From assembly GCA_964247055.1 (NCBI GenBank), contig OZ176053.1, positions 7,378,001-7,442,000 of the forward strand: a DNA stretch of 64,000 nt, written 5' to 3'. Both the position numbers and the translations under genes were made by a program. Of the stretch, positions 12,901 through 26,460 are shown in pieces (position 1 is the first letter of the stretch; each line of letters opens with the position of its first letter). The notes below the pieces were generated by a model, which saw only the letters and a program-made list of their open reading frames with translations, had not been told where the DNA came from and did no database searches. The stretch comes from Paragordius varius. Taxonomy: Eukaryota > Animalia > Nematomorpha.

Positions 12901-13679
12901 AAATATGTTTTAATTCTTTACTGCGTCAAAATTCAAAATATCTGGTCACATTAAAATTAGCCGTTTTTTCTATTTCTATTAATGTTAGATGTAATTAAAA
13001 TAAAAAATAAAATTTTACACTTAAAATTAAATGAAGACGATATTTTGCAAAAATTTTGCAAAATAAAAATGGCGTCGAAATAGTTTGACATGAAACTTTT
13101 TTTTTCAAAATTTTATTTAGATATTTTAGCTTATTTATATAATTTTTATTTGGATAGAAGCATAAATTTAGATTAAGGCCGTTTCCTTCAGTAGATTTTT
13201 AAAATTTTAACTTTAATTTAGTCTGGGGTATTTAGATACCCCAAATTGAATCAAGTGTTAATAGTGAGCTTAGATAGTAAATAAAAAACTATTTTAATAT
13301 AATTTCATAAATAATTTTTGTATATTAGGTATGTTAAAGAAAAAACACGCTTTTTGATCAGAGTTTTTATAAAAACACTAACTATATGATTTTAGGCTCT
13401 TTATAAATTGTAAGTGTCTGATTAATGTAAGAAATCATAACAAAATTTATCATTATTTCTTAATTTTCCCTAATTTTAACTTTCTGCCAAATTTAAATTT
13501 TCTCTCAGTATTTCAAAACTAGAATCGTCAACAGATAAAAAAATTTGGGGCAAATGAACTGGATGGTTATAAACTATATGAAAAACATTTTTGATTTAAC
13601 ATTAAAATTGTATTCATGGAAAGCCCAGGTGAGGACTCTTCATTAATGGATTGGAGAATAGTTTCTTCGGACGAAGTTG

Positions 13680-14640
13680 TCTTTCCATTCTTTCACCTCC
13701 TTCTCTTGGTCTTAGTTGATCGTAGTGTTTTCGGATGATTTTCTTACCACTTTGTATTTCATACGAGTCGTTTATTTACAATTCCTTCTCGCCAACCATT
13801 CACTAGTTCATTTTTTATATATATTTTTTCGTTTACATCGTATTCGTTTTTGGGCTGTACATCGTTGAAGAAGTCTGTTTGATTATTATATTTTGGCCAT
13901 GTAATTGGATTGGGGGTGTACGTTTTAGGTAAAGTTGTGCGGTACAGGTATTTGTAGTAATGTGGATATTAGTGGGGTATCCCCAAAGCGTGTTATTTAT
14001 TTTTGATTATGAGTCACATTCTGCTAACCGGTATTATGTCTTGAGGGGATATATATCCCTCTTCCACCATATCGTTCGTTTTGGGATGATAGGGAACTGA
14101 TGTTACGTGTTTAATGTTTCCCATTTCCATAAATTTTTCAACTCCTTAGATGTAAAGTAAAAGGCGTTGTCGGTTACTATCATTCTTGGAGATTGAAATC
14201 GACTGAAACATTCGTCTAGGAAATTTGAGATATTTTTGGTCGATATCTATTTCGATAGTTTAATTTCGACCCGCGAATAATTGTTTAAGATAGCTATCCA
14301 ATAAATATTTTTAATCGGGTCTGCTATATCTATTTGTAATCTCTCCCATATTGCTCTATGAGTGTTCCAATTTTATGTAGGATTTTTTTCGCATCAAACG
14401 GTTTTCTTGACATTTTTTACACGTATCTACCCACTTTTATGTCGCTTTCCATGTTATGCCAAACTATTTGTCTTGCTTGTTCGTACATTGCTTTGGACCC
14501 CGAGTGTCCGACGTGTATTGTAAAATATTTACTTCCTGAGATTCAGGATTTATTAATCTATTATACCAATATAATAGCCCGTAAGTATTTTCAATTTCAT
14601 TTCTAAAACTTTGGAATGGGTGTAATATTTTATTGGACCA
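13680..14640 (-). mobile_element. Degenerate Ty3/Gypsy integrase
   Basis: HHCC zinc finger TIHVGHSG..AMYEQARQIVW...TCKKCQEN, then WERLQIDIA, IVTDNA..FTS; many stops and frameshifts. Confidence 0.85.
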
Positions 14641-15545
14641 GTTGTTTGGTTAAAAATGGCTGTTTTGAATGACATAAAAGCAAAAAATCAAAAAAAATTA
14701 TCGCGTTGTCTTTTTAGATATTCAGTTACTTTCATTCATCATTGATTAAAATAACGCTCTCACTTCGCGCGTCGCTTCCTATGTCCAATAACTATCGAAA
14801 CATATTAATGTATTTTTTAGAATTTTCATTACTCTTTCGAATGATATATTACAAATGGGATTTGTTGTATATTTTCAAAACAAAAACATTTTTAAATAAA
14901 TTTGATAAAGATAGCGCATAATAATAAATAATTAAATTATATAAATTCTTAAATGGAATTATTATTTTTATTTCAGATTTACTGTTGAAATGATATTAAA
15001 TATAAGATAATGTAAAAAACTGTGGCAGAAAAATTTGTTGTCTCGTGTAATGGTACTTAATGTATATTTTATCCGTTGTGTATATTGAAAGCCATACAGG
15101 ATAAGAATGATTTTACCAATTATCATCTTTTCAGATATCAATTTTTCCATAGCATTAGCTGTTATAGTGTATACCTAAATTGTATATAGCAAAACCATTT
15201 TACTATTTTAAGATCAATAGTTATATATCTTACTGCAGGATATCAATATTTAAAATATATTTATATATATCAAATTTTATCTTTTCATTTATTCTAGTTT
15301 AAATTCAGCTCGACATGGCTATAATAATAGTTTGACTTAATCCGATTTAAGTTTTTTATAAATTATATTACCACATTACAATGTTCTTGGGTTTATTTAT
15401 ATAGAAGATTTTAATTATAATATTTATTTATGTTTCATAAATCATTTTTATCATGAAGGCATAATAAGTAACCAAAAACAAATTCCTATACGACTTTTGG
15501 GTTTATTTATGTTTTTAATGTAAAATAAAAATAGTATCTCGGTAG

Positions 15546-16200
15546 TAGGGTTGTGCATTTGACTGCTTTTTCAAAAAAGTCCGGTCAGACCTGGTCAGAC
15601 CCAGTCAGACCTTGGTCATGACCACGGCCATGACCACTTTTTACTTAAGTAAATATCATGCGATATTGGAGATTGTGAAAATAATGTTCGAACGACACTT
15701 GCGTTTCACTAATAATGTTATGTTCTTAAAAGTTTGTATTATACATTTTTAAGATATTTATTATTAACATATATTTTCAATCAAATTTAATCTAAAACTT
15801 TGTTTTCAACTGATTTTTGTCACATGTTTGTGGCCCTCTGAATCTTCAAATACATAGCTTTTACACTGGATATTTAAAATTATCTATACACTTTCTTTCA
15901 TCATTGAAATATCTAATTAGAAGTTTTTTCATTTTATTGGTCATATATGGGATAATTGCATATCTTCAGTGCTTGATTTATTTTTTGAGCTTATATGCTA
16001 ATGTTATAAGGATGCCTGTTTAACAATTTTTAATAATGTTTAATAAGCATGTTTAAAAATTTATATTTTCTAATAAATATATTAAATAACAATAAATCTT
16101 ACTATTATTCTTCCAAAAAAATTTACAAACATTTAATAGTCCCTGACCTAATCATGACCCGGTCGATTGACCAGGTCATGACTTGGTCAGCAGTACCCTA
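15546..16200. mobile_element. hAT-type MITE, 655 bp
   Basis: TAGGGT...ACCCTA termini with a perfect 8-bp TSD CTCGGTAG (15538-15545 and 16201-16208). Confidence 0.9.
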
Positions 16201-16854
16201 CTCGGTAGTAAAATTTTATTCATCTCATGTTTGTAGTAATTACTTTTCCATAGTTAATACCAGATGGTATTTGAAAAATTGTTTTATTTACTGTAAATCT
16301 TATTTTATAGTAATCACTAGGTAGGAAATGCAAAAATATTTTAATTAATCGAAAGCAAGTAATTACTACCTGTTTTTATATCTTGATTTTATTTAACACC
16401 GACTCTATAAAAAAATGGTGCCAAAAATCATTTTAAAGTTTTTTTATGAGATCGTTTTCATTGAAAATTCATTTCATTGTCGCTAAGTTTTTCGAAAATT
16501 TGTGCGCATAATTAATATAAATTTTTAATTAAATCGTTTTTTATGTTTTTTAATTTTGTATGCTCGAAATGGCAACGCAATTAATTGTGAAAAATTATAC
16601 ATTGTGTACAAATAAGAAACAGACTTTACTGTAATTATCAATAAAAAATGAGCTAACCCTCTAATGGAGTTTGAAGTATTTTACAAAGAAAACAATTATT
16701 CGATACTATAATCAAGCATGTGTGTGTAATCTCACAATAGAATAACTATCTTGCTTGAAGATTTAAATAACAATATTAACTACGTGCATCATAAAGTGTT
16801 ATAAGCGCTTATATGGTGCGTTTGTGTCGAAAGTAGGATTTAATTTAACATCAC

Positions 16855-18325
16855 TCTTTCCCTGAAACTGATATATTCCTTTCTTTCACCTCCCTCCCTT
16901 GATCTTATCGGCGTGTTTTCGGATGATATTGTTACCATCTTGTATTTCGTATGAGAGTAATTTGAGTCGTTTATTCAAAATCCTTCTCGCCAATCATTCA
17001 CTAGTTAATTATTTATATATATTTTCGTTTTCCTAGTATTAATGTTTCGGTTGTGCATTGTCTAATAAATCTGTTTGTTTATATTCTAGCATGTGATTGG
17101 ATTGGGGGGTGTACGTTTTAATAAAAGTTGTGGGGACAGGTATATTAGCATTATGGATGTTAATGCGGAATCCCCAAAGCATGTTATTTATTTTTGATTG
17201 TGGATCACAGTTTTCTGCTAGGTAATGTTTTTTGAGGGTATATACTACTCTTTCTACCATTCAGTTCGGTTTTGGATGATAGGAAACTAATGTTAGTTTA
17301 ATGTTTCCCGATTCCATGAATTTTTTAAACTCCTGAGTTGGAAAGTAAGACGCGTTATATCGGTTACTATTATTCTAGGATATCCAAATCGACTGAAATA
17401 TTTGTCTAGGAAATTTAAGATATTTTTGATCGATATCAAGTTTAACTTCGACTCATCGAGATTAAATGTCAATAAGAACTATCCAATAAAAATTGATCGG
17501 GCCTTATATCTAGATGTAATCTCTCCAATATTGCTGTATTAATATTCCAATTGTATGGAAATTCAGTTTTGCGCATCGGACGGTTTTCTTGACATTTTTT
17601 ACACGTATCTACCCACTTTTTATGTCTCCATGTTATGCCAAAAGACTATTTGTCTTGCTTGTTCGTATATTGCTTTGGATGAGTGTCCGACGTGTTTTGT
17701 AAAATATTTACTTCCTGAGATTCAGGATATTAATATATTATGCCAATATAATAACCCGTCAGTATTTTCAACATTTCTAAAACTTTAGAATGGGTGTAAT
17801 ATTTTATTGAACCAGTTGTGTGGTCTTAGTGCAATAATTACGTATTTTAAGTTTGGGTTGGTTTCGTTGGCTTCTAATATGGTCACGATTTATGTTGAAT
17901 GACTACTATTGTCAAACCTTGCATGTTCTGCTGTTTGAAGACCTTCAAAGTCTTAGTTTTGTGATTCGTCAGCATGCGGGACAATGGATCTGCAATGTTT
18001 TTGTGGATTTTAATGCACCGTAGATTTTATGAACGTAGTAGCTTAGAAATTTGGTCTAGTTTACGATTATTTCTAAACAGCTTTATTAGTGGTTTGTGAT
18101 CAGTACACAGTTCAAACTTCTTCCCCGTAATAATCGTTTTATTCAAAAGCGAAAAGTATGGCTGTGCTTCCTTTTTATCACTGAACTGAATATTTTTCTT
18201 CGGGTTTAGACCACTTTCTTGATGCGCAGTCAATAGGTTTATTTATTCCCTCCTGCGTGGTCTGCAGCAACACAGCTCCGTATCCTTTATTCGAGACATC
18301 TGTTACAAAGTCCATAAATTTGGAC
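16855..18325 (-). mobile_element. Degenerate Ty3/Gypsy pol (RNase H + integrase), same family as 13680-14640
   Basis: VTDVSNKGYGAVLLQ..KPIDCASR..PEEKYS and FELCTDHKPL (RNase H); the integrase part is co-linear with the 13.7-14.6 kb copy. Confidence 0.9.
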
Positions 18326-18830
18326 TTTTGAGCACCACCACTCAAGTTTTTAAATCGGATTGATTTCAGCGTTTTAAAACCGAATCTGAAAATACTTTGA
18401 TCCCCCTAATCAGGATATTACAGGTTTTTCAATTATTGAACAAGAAGAAATTGGCAGAAAATCAGATTAGCTTTATAATAAAAAGGTATATTAAATAATT
18501 GATATCATTTAATAAAGCGTTTTAAACTTTATCTTTTAAATAATATGTCATTTAAATATCAGGGAGATTTTTTTAAAGCTAATTTTAAACACGTACTAAA
18601 AGCGGCGTTTGGTAGTTTCATCTTTTGGATTTTACAGAGTTTGTTAGTTTTGGTTATTTTCACTATTTATTAGGGTTTTTCTTGTCGGTTGATTTTTAAT
18701 AAAAATCCTGATATTTATACCTAGTGGATATTATTTATTTTGAAAATGATTGAATGTAGTATAATTTGAATTTCAGATGGATGTTGGGCAGCCACTTTTA
18801 TTACCTGAATGATAGATTTCCTAATATATT
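18320..18830. repeat. Dispersed TE-derived repeat; inverted copy at ~54330-54830, partial copy at ~32970-33130
   Basis: GAGCACCACCACTCAA and CAGATGGATGTTGGGCAGCCACTTTTATTAC blocks are reverse-complemented at 54.3-54.8 kb. Confidence 0.8.
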
Positions 18831-20773
18831 GAAATACAATATGACCATTTGAACTTATCTAATCTTCTTATCCAATTTAATGGTCAAAATCTAACTCTAT
18901 TCTGTGAATTTAGATTTTTAATAATTTTGATTTTTCAAACCTACAGCAGCAATTTTAAGCAGTTTTTATTTTTTAATATAAAGATCGCTGATATTTTTAG
19001 ATAAAATTTTATTATATGGATCATCAATAACATTTTTTGTAGAGTCTTTGTTAATAAAAATCTTCTGTGGTTTTATAATGAAAATACCTGGCTCTGAAAT
19101 ACCACTTGTATTGACTTGCTCGTTTAAATATTGAAATATATGTACACGATGAATAACACTGTGACACAACTTTTTCTGGATTCAAGGCTCTTAATATTTT
19201 CTGATTCCTAGTATTGTGATCAGATTTGCGTAAAATTTTTTACTTACCCAGCTCGTTTTCGAGATATGGGACTTTTTCCATATTTAGACATATCCAAAAT
19301 TTTCTTGTTTGTAAATATTTTTCGCTATGTAAACAAATAATATGTGGCTTACATAATTATTTTTACAAGAAATTACCAATTTATCTTCAATATAAAAAAA
19401 TTTACTCAAAATATCCAATACTTTTTGTTTTAGAGGGCAAAAACCCTCAAAAATTGGGTAACTTAACATTTTTTCACACAAATATTTTTTATCAATTTAT
19501 TTAATCAAAACAAACTTTATTATATGTTCCTGGATGTTAATAATGTTTGTTTAAGTATAACTATCACTTTGTAATAGCTTTGTGGACTTTTATTCCTAAA
19601 AATAAATTTAATTTTAGCTTTTTTGTTGTTTTTTATGTAAAAAATGATTTAATTTATTCAGCTGTAAATACTAATTTCATTTTTTCATCTGAAATTTTTA
19701 AATTTTTACCATATATGATGTCAGATATGTTGATTCGTTAGCTTCATTTTTAAATATGTTAAAATAATTTGAAATGGACAGTAATGATTCTTATATAAAT
19801 TTATGAATGAATTCTGAATCGGAAAAATCGTCTGCCTTTTGGATAAGAGAAGAACACACCTTGATACCATCAAATACATTTTATATATATATACTTTAGG
19901 GATATAAATGATTCCCCCTTTGTCAAGAAGGCAATCTAAAGAAGCTTATTACCCTGATGAAGTTTTACGATACTCGGAAATGAATTCTTTTTTAATAAAA
20001 GTTGAGTCACCCATAAAATTTTAGTTTAGGGGAACAGTACGTATGCCACAGGAAAATCAAAGATAAGTACCCTTTTATACTAAATTATATTTTTAATAAT
20101 ATTTTCATATATTTTTATAAATTTTATTTGGGTTATCGTCTCTTCGGTTAAATTATTGTTTTTTGTCGTTAACGTTTCATTTAATTTAAACTATTGTCGC
20201 TTATCAACAACTTTAATCAAACCTTTGTTTTTTGCTGATATGTGTTTATTTTTGAGCATAAATTTAAGTTAATGATATTTTACCCCAGCCTGTTGGGATC
20301 TATATTTAACTGATTGGTTTATTCTACCTAGGCAATGTATGACATCGCCTAAGTATTTAAAATTATTTACCAATTCGATTTTGGCGTATGCCATATAAAA
20401 GTATTTTATTGATTTCTTTCATACATTCTTATAAAAACAATATATCGATTTGCAGGTAGTTATATTACCATGACAAAGTACCCAATCGCAACAATTTGTA
20501 TATCACATCAGCTAATAGATTAGCTTTCAATATGGACGACTATGCAGAGAAAATTGGAGAATATGCCATATCTTATAAAAACGTTTAAATAAAATATAAT
20601 ACCATTAATAAATGATTTCATCATAATATATTAAAGTATATGCAAATCCTAATTATAATCAGTTATTAGAGTGAATATTTAGAATATATTTTGGTCAAAA
20701 GATTTTAAGACACGGATAATCTAATCTAGACTTTAAATAAAGTAAATTAGGTGTGGAAAAAATAAAATAATAA

Positions 20774-20809
<36 letters not shown>

Positions 20810-20859
20810 ATCGCAAATTAAATTTATATTGTTTCGATAGGTTTTTTCGAAGGGTTTAA

Positions 20860-22490
20860 GTTGATGATTTTTCCCCTTTGGTCACTAATTGCATCTTTTG
20901 GAAAAAAACATAGATGGGAATCCACCATAAGGAGCTTTAGACTCATGCGGCATCCTATAGGATAAAAATTAATATAAATGTTTAAAAAACAAATGTATTT
21001 TAATATACATACCCATCCTACAGAAAGAATCGATTAAACGATTCCCTAATTCCAGGTATTTGTTATTTTTTGTATTTCCCAAAAAATTTTGAGACAAAGT
21101 TCGCAATGCAACCCATGCCGCTTTTTCTTTGGGTTGCATTTTAGATTCAAACGCCACATCATTGAAAAGATTCGTAACCTAAAATTAAATGTATAATACC
21201 TGCGGCCCTATCAAAACTGCGGCGTTTTTGGCAGGCGTCATCCTGAACTTTCTAAAGTAATGGGCCCAAGCTTCTTTATCAAGACTGCACAAAAATGTTT
21301 TGGCCAATCCAAGCAGCGTGTGCAATGGCGGCAAAACAAATTTGTTAGCCGATATTAATGGAGAATATGTGTGATTCTTGGGCCCAACTTCGTAAGTTCT
21401 TACGGGCCAATTTATTTGTGTGTAGTGTTTCTCGGTGTCACGCGAATCTCACTCACACAAAGGGCAAAAAAATTTGGGAAATCCATTCTGTATACCGTAA
21501 AGCAGTCCCATGACCTATTAAAATATTAGAATTTTAAGAATTTTATAATCCCCTGTTACATGCCAATAATGATTGTTGTATCGCAGTAGTTCCAAAATGT
21601 TTTCAAAAATATCATAGGCCTCCCTATAAACTCGGCTGAATGCGATTAATATTGGCCTGTGCTCTCCGGCACGGTCCAATAAAAATGCCTTCAAACTTTA
21701 CTAAAGATGTATAATATTATATACCTGAGAAGCGTCTAGAAATAATACCCATTGTGATGAATCATATGGATAATTCATTTCCTTCATTAAGCCAATCACA
21801 TCATGACACCAAGATAAGTAACTGTTTTCGGAAAAATATTTTCGGAAATTTATTCTTCTATTCCGAAAACTAATTATGTTGATGTCAGTTAAATTTTTTC
21901 GATTAAAATTCCTCACCATAAGTTTGGACGACCTAATATAATAATATATTAAAAAAATGTTTGGCTTATTCAAAGATAAATACAAAATTTAACTTATATA
22001 TTTAACGCATTTCAGCTTAAGTAAATTAAAATAAATTATAAAATGCGTAAATCTATTATTTTTTCTAAAAATACCGTTTTGAGAGATGCAATTTTTTGAT
22101 TAGGGATATCACCTCAGCACTTAATTTATTAGTATCCTTTATATCTTGATGATAAAATTCCAAATCAGTATCATCCATTATATCAAATAAATCGATATGA
22201 ATGGTTGGAAATGAAGGTACGGGAAGGTCAATGGAATGATAAACAGGACGAATTGCGCAGGGTTTGGATATTCGATAGGTTTTTTGTTTTTTTTGGTAAG
22301 GTTGATAAGAAATGGTTTTGGAACTGCACAAAAGTAACATTCAGAATGAGATTTTGGCTCTCGCCATATCATAGGGATACCCCAAGGGAGTCCAGGTCCG
22401 GTTTTGTGGTACCATGCTCCTAAACTAAAGCTACATGTCCGACATACGATGTTCGGGGCCCAACTCTTATCGAGGTCCCCCATGATAAGT
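20860..22490 (-). mobile_element. Degenerate DNA transposase, CMC/Chapaev3-like
   Basis: GDLDKSWAPNIVCRTC...PMIWREPKSHSECYFC zinc finger, CPLCE*DSRD, LPPLHTLLGL, NFLGN, GCRMSLK...DSHLCFFP..ISDQ. Motif order matches a widespread transposase family I recall as Chapaev3; the superfamily name is from memory. Confidence 0.7.
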
Positions 22491-22957
22491 TTGAAATATA
22501 AAAAAAGAGTTTTTTGATGTAAATGGTAATGTTTATCCTATTAGTTTTTTTGTGTATTGTCCACATACAGTCATGTAGACTTTATTGTGTTAAAGATTTA
22601 CTTTTTTTCGTTAATTGGGTATTAATATTTGGTAAAGAATATAAAAACAAGAGCTATATGATATGGTCTACCTAAGGTGACCAGACGTCCCGCTTTTTCA
22701 CACTTTGTCCCGCGTCCCGCTACGTTTTTAAAATGTCCCGCTTTTTCACGATTATATAAAAAAAATTATTTAATACAAATAAATTTTTTTTATCCGTTTA
22801 GATTTTTTATCATTAAATATCTTTAAAATCTATTCAATTTTAAATTAAAATTTTTTATTTTTAAATTAAAAATATATATATTTTTCGAATTTATATCATA
22901 TGATTATACACTTTGCTTCCTACTACTACTGTCATCATTATCAAAAAGCCAAGTTAA

Positions 22958-23531
22958 CATTGGATACAACACACTCATTTTAGTCCTTCGATTCAAATTG
23001 GGGTAGTTGGATACCCCAGGCCTATTTAAAATCAAATACTTAAAAAGTATGGAAGGAATCTAAACCATGGTTTTGCACTTATATAACCTTAATAAACCGA
23101 AATATATAAAAAATTTTATTTAAAAATACTTGATATTACTTTTTTTGAGCTAAAACCGAAAGGTAAAAATTTCGTCATCGTGACATGTGTCAAATTTTAA
23201 AATTAAGATATAATACAAAATAAACCGCTTTTTCTACTTCTATCAATGTTAGATGTAATTTATATAAAAAATTGGCTTTCATTTTAGCTTTAAAATCAAA
23301 AAACACGTTATTTTGCAAAAATTTTGTAAAATAAAAATATCGTCCAAGTAGTTTGAGATGGAGCTTTTTTTTCAAAACAAAATTTTATCAAGATGTTTTG
23401 GCATATTTATATAATATTTATCAGGATAGAAGCATAAATTTAAATTGGGACCGTTTCCTTCGGTAGTTTTTTAAAAATATTAATTTAAATTTACTCTGGG
23501 GTATTTAGATACCCCAATTTGAATAGAAGTG
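22958..23531. mobile_element. piggyBac-type MITE nested in hAT copy 1
   Basis: Flanked by TTAA on both sides; absent at the equivalent site in hAT copy 2 (AAGTTAATACC, single TTAA). Confidence 0.9.
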
Positions 23532-23559
23532 TTAATACCACAAATCTCTAGATTAAAAG

Positions 23560-23930
23560 ACAAATTAATATCACAAATCGGTAGCTTACACGTTTATTTC
23601 GGAAAATTAAGGTAATATAATATTGACTATGCTAATATTTTAGTTTTATTACTTGTTAACATATTAAAAAGCCAAATTAATACCACAAATCGGTAGCTTA
23701 AAAGACAAATTGATACCAAAATCGGTACCTTACACGTTTATTCCAGAAAATTAAGATAATATAATATTTATTATACTAATATTTTAGTTTTATTACTTGC
23801 CAACATTATTAAAAAGCCAAATTAATACCACAATCGGTAGCTTAAAAGACAAATTAATACCACAAATCGGTACCTTACACGTTTATTCCAGAAAATTAAG
23901 GTAATATAATATTTATTATACTAATAGTAT
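23560..23930. repeat. Tandem expansion of the hAT 5' subterminal/promoter block
   Basis: About three copies of ACAAATCGGTA(G/C)CTTACACGTTTATT..GAAAATTAAG, versus one copy in hAT copy 2. Confidence 0.8.
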
Positions 23931-23939
23931 TTTATAAAT

Positions 23940-25724
23940 ATGAGCACAAAAAGAGGTTGTAAATTCAACGATGAATTAATGAAAGATTTTCCTTTTATCA
24001 AAAAAACGAAGAATGAATCATCTGTTAAATGTCTTATATGCGGGGAAGTCACCCTAGCACATGACGGCAAGCATGATATTACAAAGCATATGGAAACACA
24101 GAAACATAAAAAATGTTTAGATATGGGGGCATCATCTTACAAAATGAGCGATTTTTTTCGAAAAACCGCTTTTGGAGAGGAAGAAAAGAATTTGGCACTA
24201 GCTGAGGGCGTGTTATCTTTTCACGCCGTTAATCACAATCATCCTTTAGATCTATGGACTGTACCTCACAGGTTATTCGCATCTTATTCAATAAAAAATT
24301 TACATGTGCCCGTGCAAGGGCTGAAGCCATTGAATGCAATGTCCTTTCGCCACATGCGTATTCTAAATACAAAAAAATTTGCTGAAAATTGATTTCATAT
24401 CGCAATACTCCTATGCATCTAATCACAAAGAAACAAAATTATTTCCCACCTCAATAAGATATTTTGATCCAGAAACCGGAGTAAAAATTAAAATTATAAA
24501 TTTTATTTCTATACCCGGTAAAAATTCCGACAAAATTTACTTCAATAATAAATATTCTAGAAAAAAATAATTTAAAAGACAAAATACGAACTTCAGTGGA
24601 AAAGCAAGGAGGGGAACAAAAAATATTTTTCAAAATATAGCAGATAATCTTAATCAAAACATTATTGGCGTTGGGTGTGCAGCGCGTATAACACACAACG
24701 CTATTCAAACAGCTACTGATTTGTTACCCCTAGATGTGGAAAATTTAGTTATTAAAATATATATCTTTTTTATATATAAACGGTACGCGTTGAAACGCTT
24801 AAGGAATTCTGTGAAAATGAAGAAGTTCAATATCAAAAAATGCTTGGATATTGTAAAACTCGTTGTTTAGCTCTTCTGCCAGCTATCGAAAGAATTTTAA
24901 AAATGTATGATCCTTTAAAATCCTATTTTTTATCACAGGACAAATGTCCTACAACTTTGGAAAAGTTTTTGAAAGTGATTCTTCAAAAATATGGCTAGAA
25001 TCCCAACAAATCAAGCTTCTCTCTTTCATAATGATATTAAATTGATAGAAGGTGACAAAATTTCGGCAATTGAATTAGTCAATTAAGTTAGAACCTAATT
25101 CCAATGTCAAGAAAGGTTAGAAAATAATTTTATACCATTAACCATACGCAATATAAATAATTTAAAAAAACAAGGCTTAATAAATCGCCAAGATATCCTG
25201 TACCATATAAAAATGTTTTATACAAACTGTAAAGATTATTTGGAAGACTGGACGACGCAATTCAATATAATTGATCATTTTCATTGGATAACATTACAAC
25301 CAGAATTTAATTGGTGGGATGTTCAAAAATCATTTGATTATATCTGTTCCCAAAAATACTTTGTTAAAAGATATATTAATAATGAAAAACTTAAATTATG
25401 GACAAAAAATATACAGTAGAAAAGAAATGGTTGGAAATATTTCATCATTTTGAAGCCAACTATATTACATACAATAATATTTAAAAAATTTTGGAATTTT
25501 CACTATCTTTATCTGGAACCAACGCTGCTACTGAGCGCGTTTTTTCCACAGTAAATCAGGTGTGGACATCGGAAAAATCAAATTTAAATGTTTAACCTTT
25601 AAAGGCCGTTTTATCTGTCAAATATAATTTGACAAATTCTTGTGAAGACTTCTACAATATTTTAAAAAATGATGACAGTCTGCTAAAACGCATTCACTCA
25701 AACAAAAAATATACCAAAGAATAA
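23940..25724 (+). pseudogene. hAT transposase, frameshifted
   Basis: BED-type finger KCLIC...HMETQKH, YASNH, GCAA, C-terminal GTNAATERVFS dimerisation motif; multiple stops and frameshifts. Confidence 0.9.
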
Positions 25725-25829
25725 AATATTTTCTTTTTATAAAGTTTTTATGTTAAAAAATAAACAAAATTACTTAAAATATTGTATAAGTCTTCATAAT
25801 TTGTCAAATTATATTTAAACACATAAAAT

Positions 25830-26460
25830 GGCACTTATTCAACATTTAAATTTGATTCCTTGTCCTTACTTAATTTACTGTGGAAAAACGCGTTCAATAG
25901 CAGTGGTTCAGGTAAAGATAATGCAAATTCTACAATTATATAGTATGGAACATAATTTGTTTAAAAATGATTATTTTAACCATTTCTATCCTACGTATTT
26001 TTTTCTGTTGTCCATTAAGTTTTTCATTCAATATATTTAGACTTCATAAAAAAGTGTCATTGTGCACCGTCTTGTCTTCCAATAATCGTTTCTGTTTGTA
26101 TAAAACATTTTTATATTCTGGCTATTCATTGAGCCTTGTTTTTCTGGATGCTTTATAATATTGCGATTAGGTAATGGTATAAAATTATTTTCTAACCTTT
26201 TGACTTGGAATTTTGACCTTTGTCCTGTGATAAAAAATAGGATTCTAGGAGATCACATTTTTATAAATATTTCAATCGCTGGCAAAAGAGCTAACCAACA
26301 GTTCTACAATACCCAAGCATTTTAACAATATTTTCCACATCCAGGGGTAATAAATCAGTAGCTGTTTGAATAGCGTTGTGTATCTACCAATAACGTTTTG
26401 ATTAAGATTATTCGCTAAATTGTTAAAAATATTTTTTGTGCCGCTTCTTGCATCACCCAG
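25830..26460 (-). repeat. Antisense, internally deleted copy of the element's own transposase 3' half
   Basis: Reverse complement matches ~24600-25600 (e.g. AATCTTAATCAAAAC, CAACGCTATTCAAACAGCTACTGAT, GGTTAGAAAATAATTTTATACCATT, CGCGTTTTTCCACAGTAAAT). Confidence 0.85.

Larger units (their letters stand above)
10721..12952. mobile_element. Non-autonomous DNA element with AATGTGACCAGAT terminal inverted repeats
   Basis: Perfect 13-bp inverted repeat (10721-10733 / 12940-12952) exactly where the host MITE is split; core GTGACCAGA shared with the hAT TIR at 22673. TSD not clear. Confidence 0.6.
10453..13257. mobile_element. piggyBac-type MITE (TTAA TSD) interrupted by a 2.2-kb nested insertion
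   Basis: TTAA|CACTTGGATACAA...TTCGATTCAAATTGGGGTAG at the left and GGGGTATTTAGATACCCCAAATTGAATCAAGTG|TTAA at the right; its two halves match the intact copies at 22958 and 60098. Confidence 0.8.

Noticed and set aside
14358-14606. Similar + strand ORFs at 14358 and 17555 as a duplicated small gene
   Set aside because: Both are antisense to the Gypsy integrase zinc-finger region.
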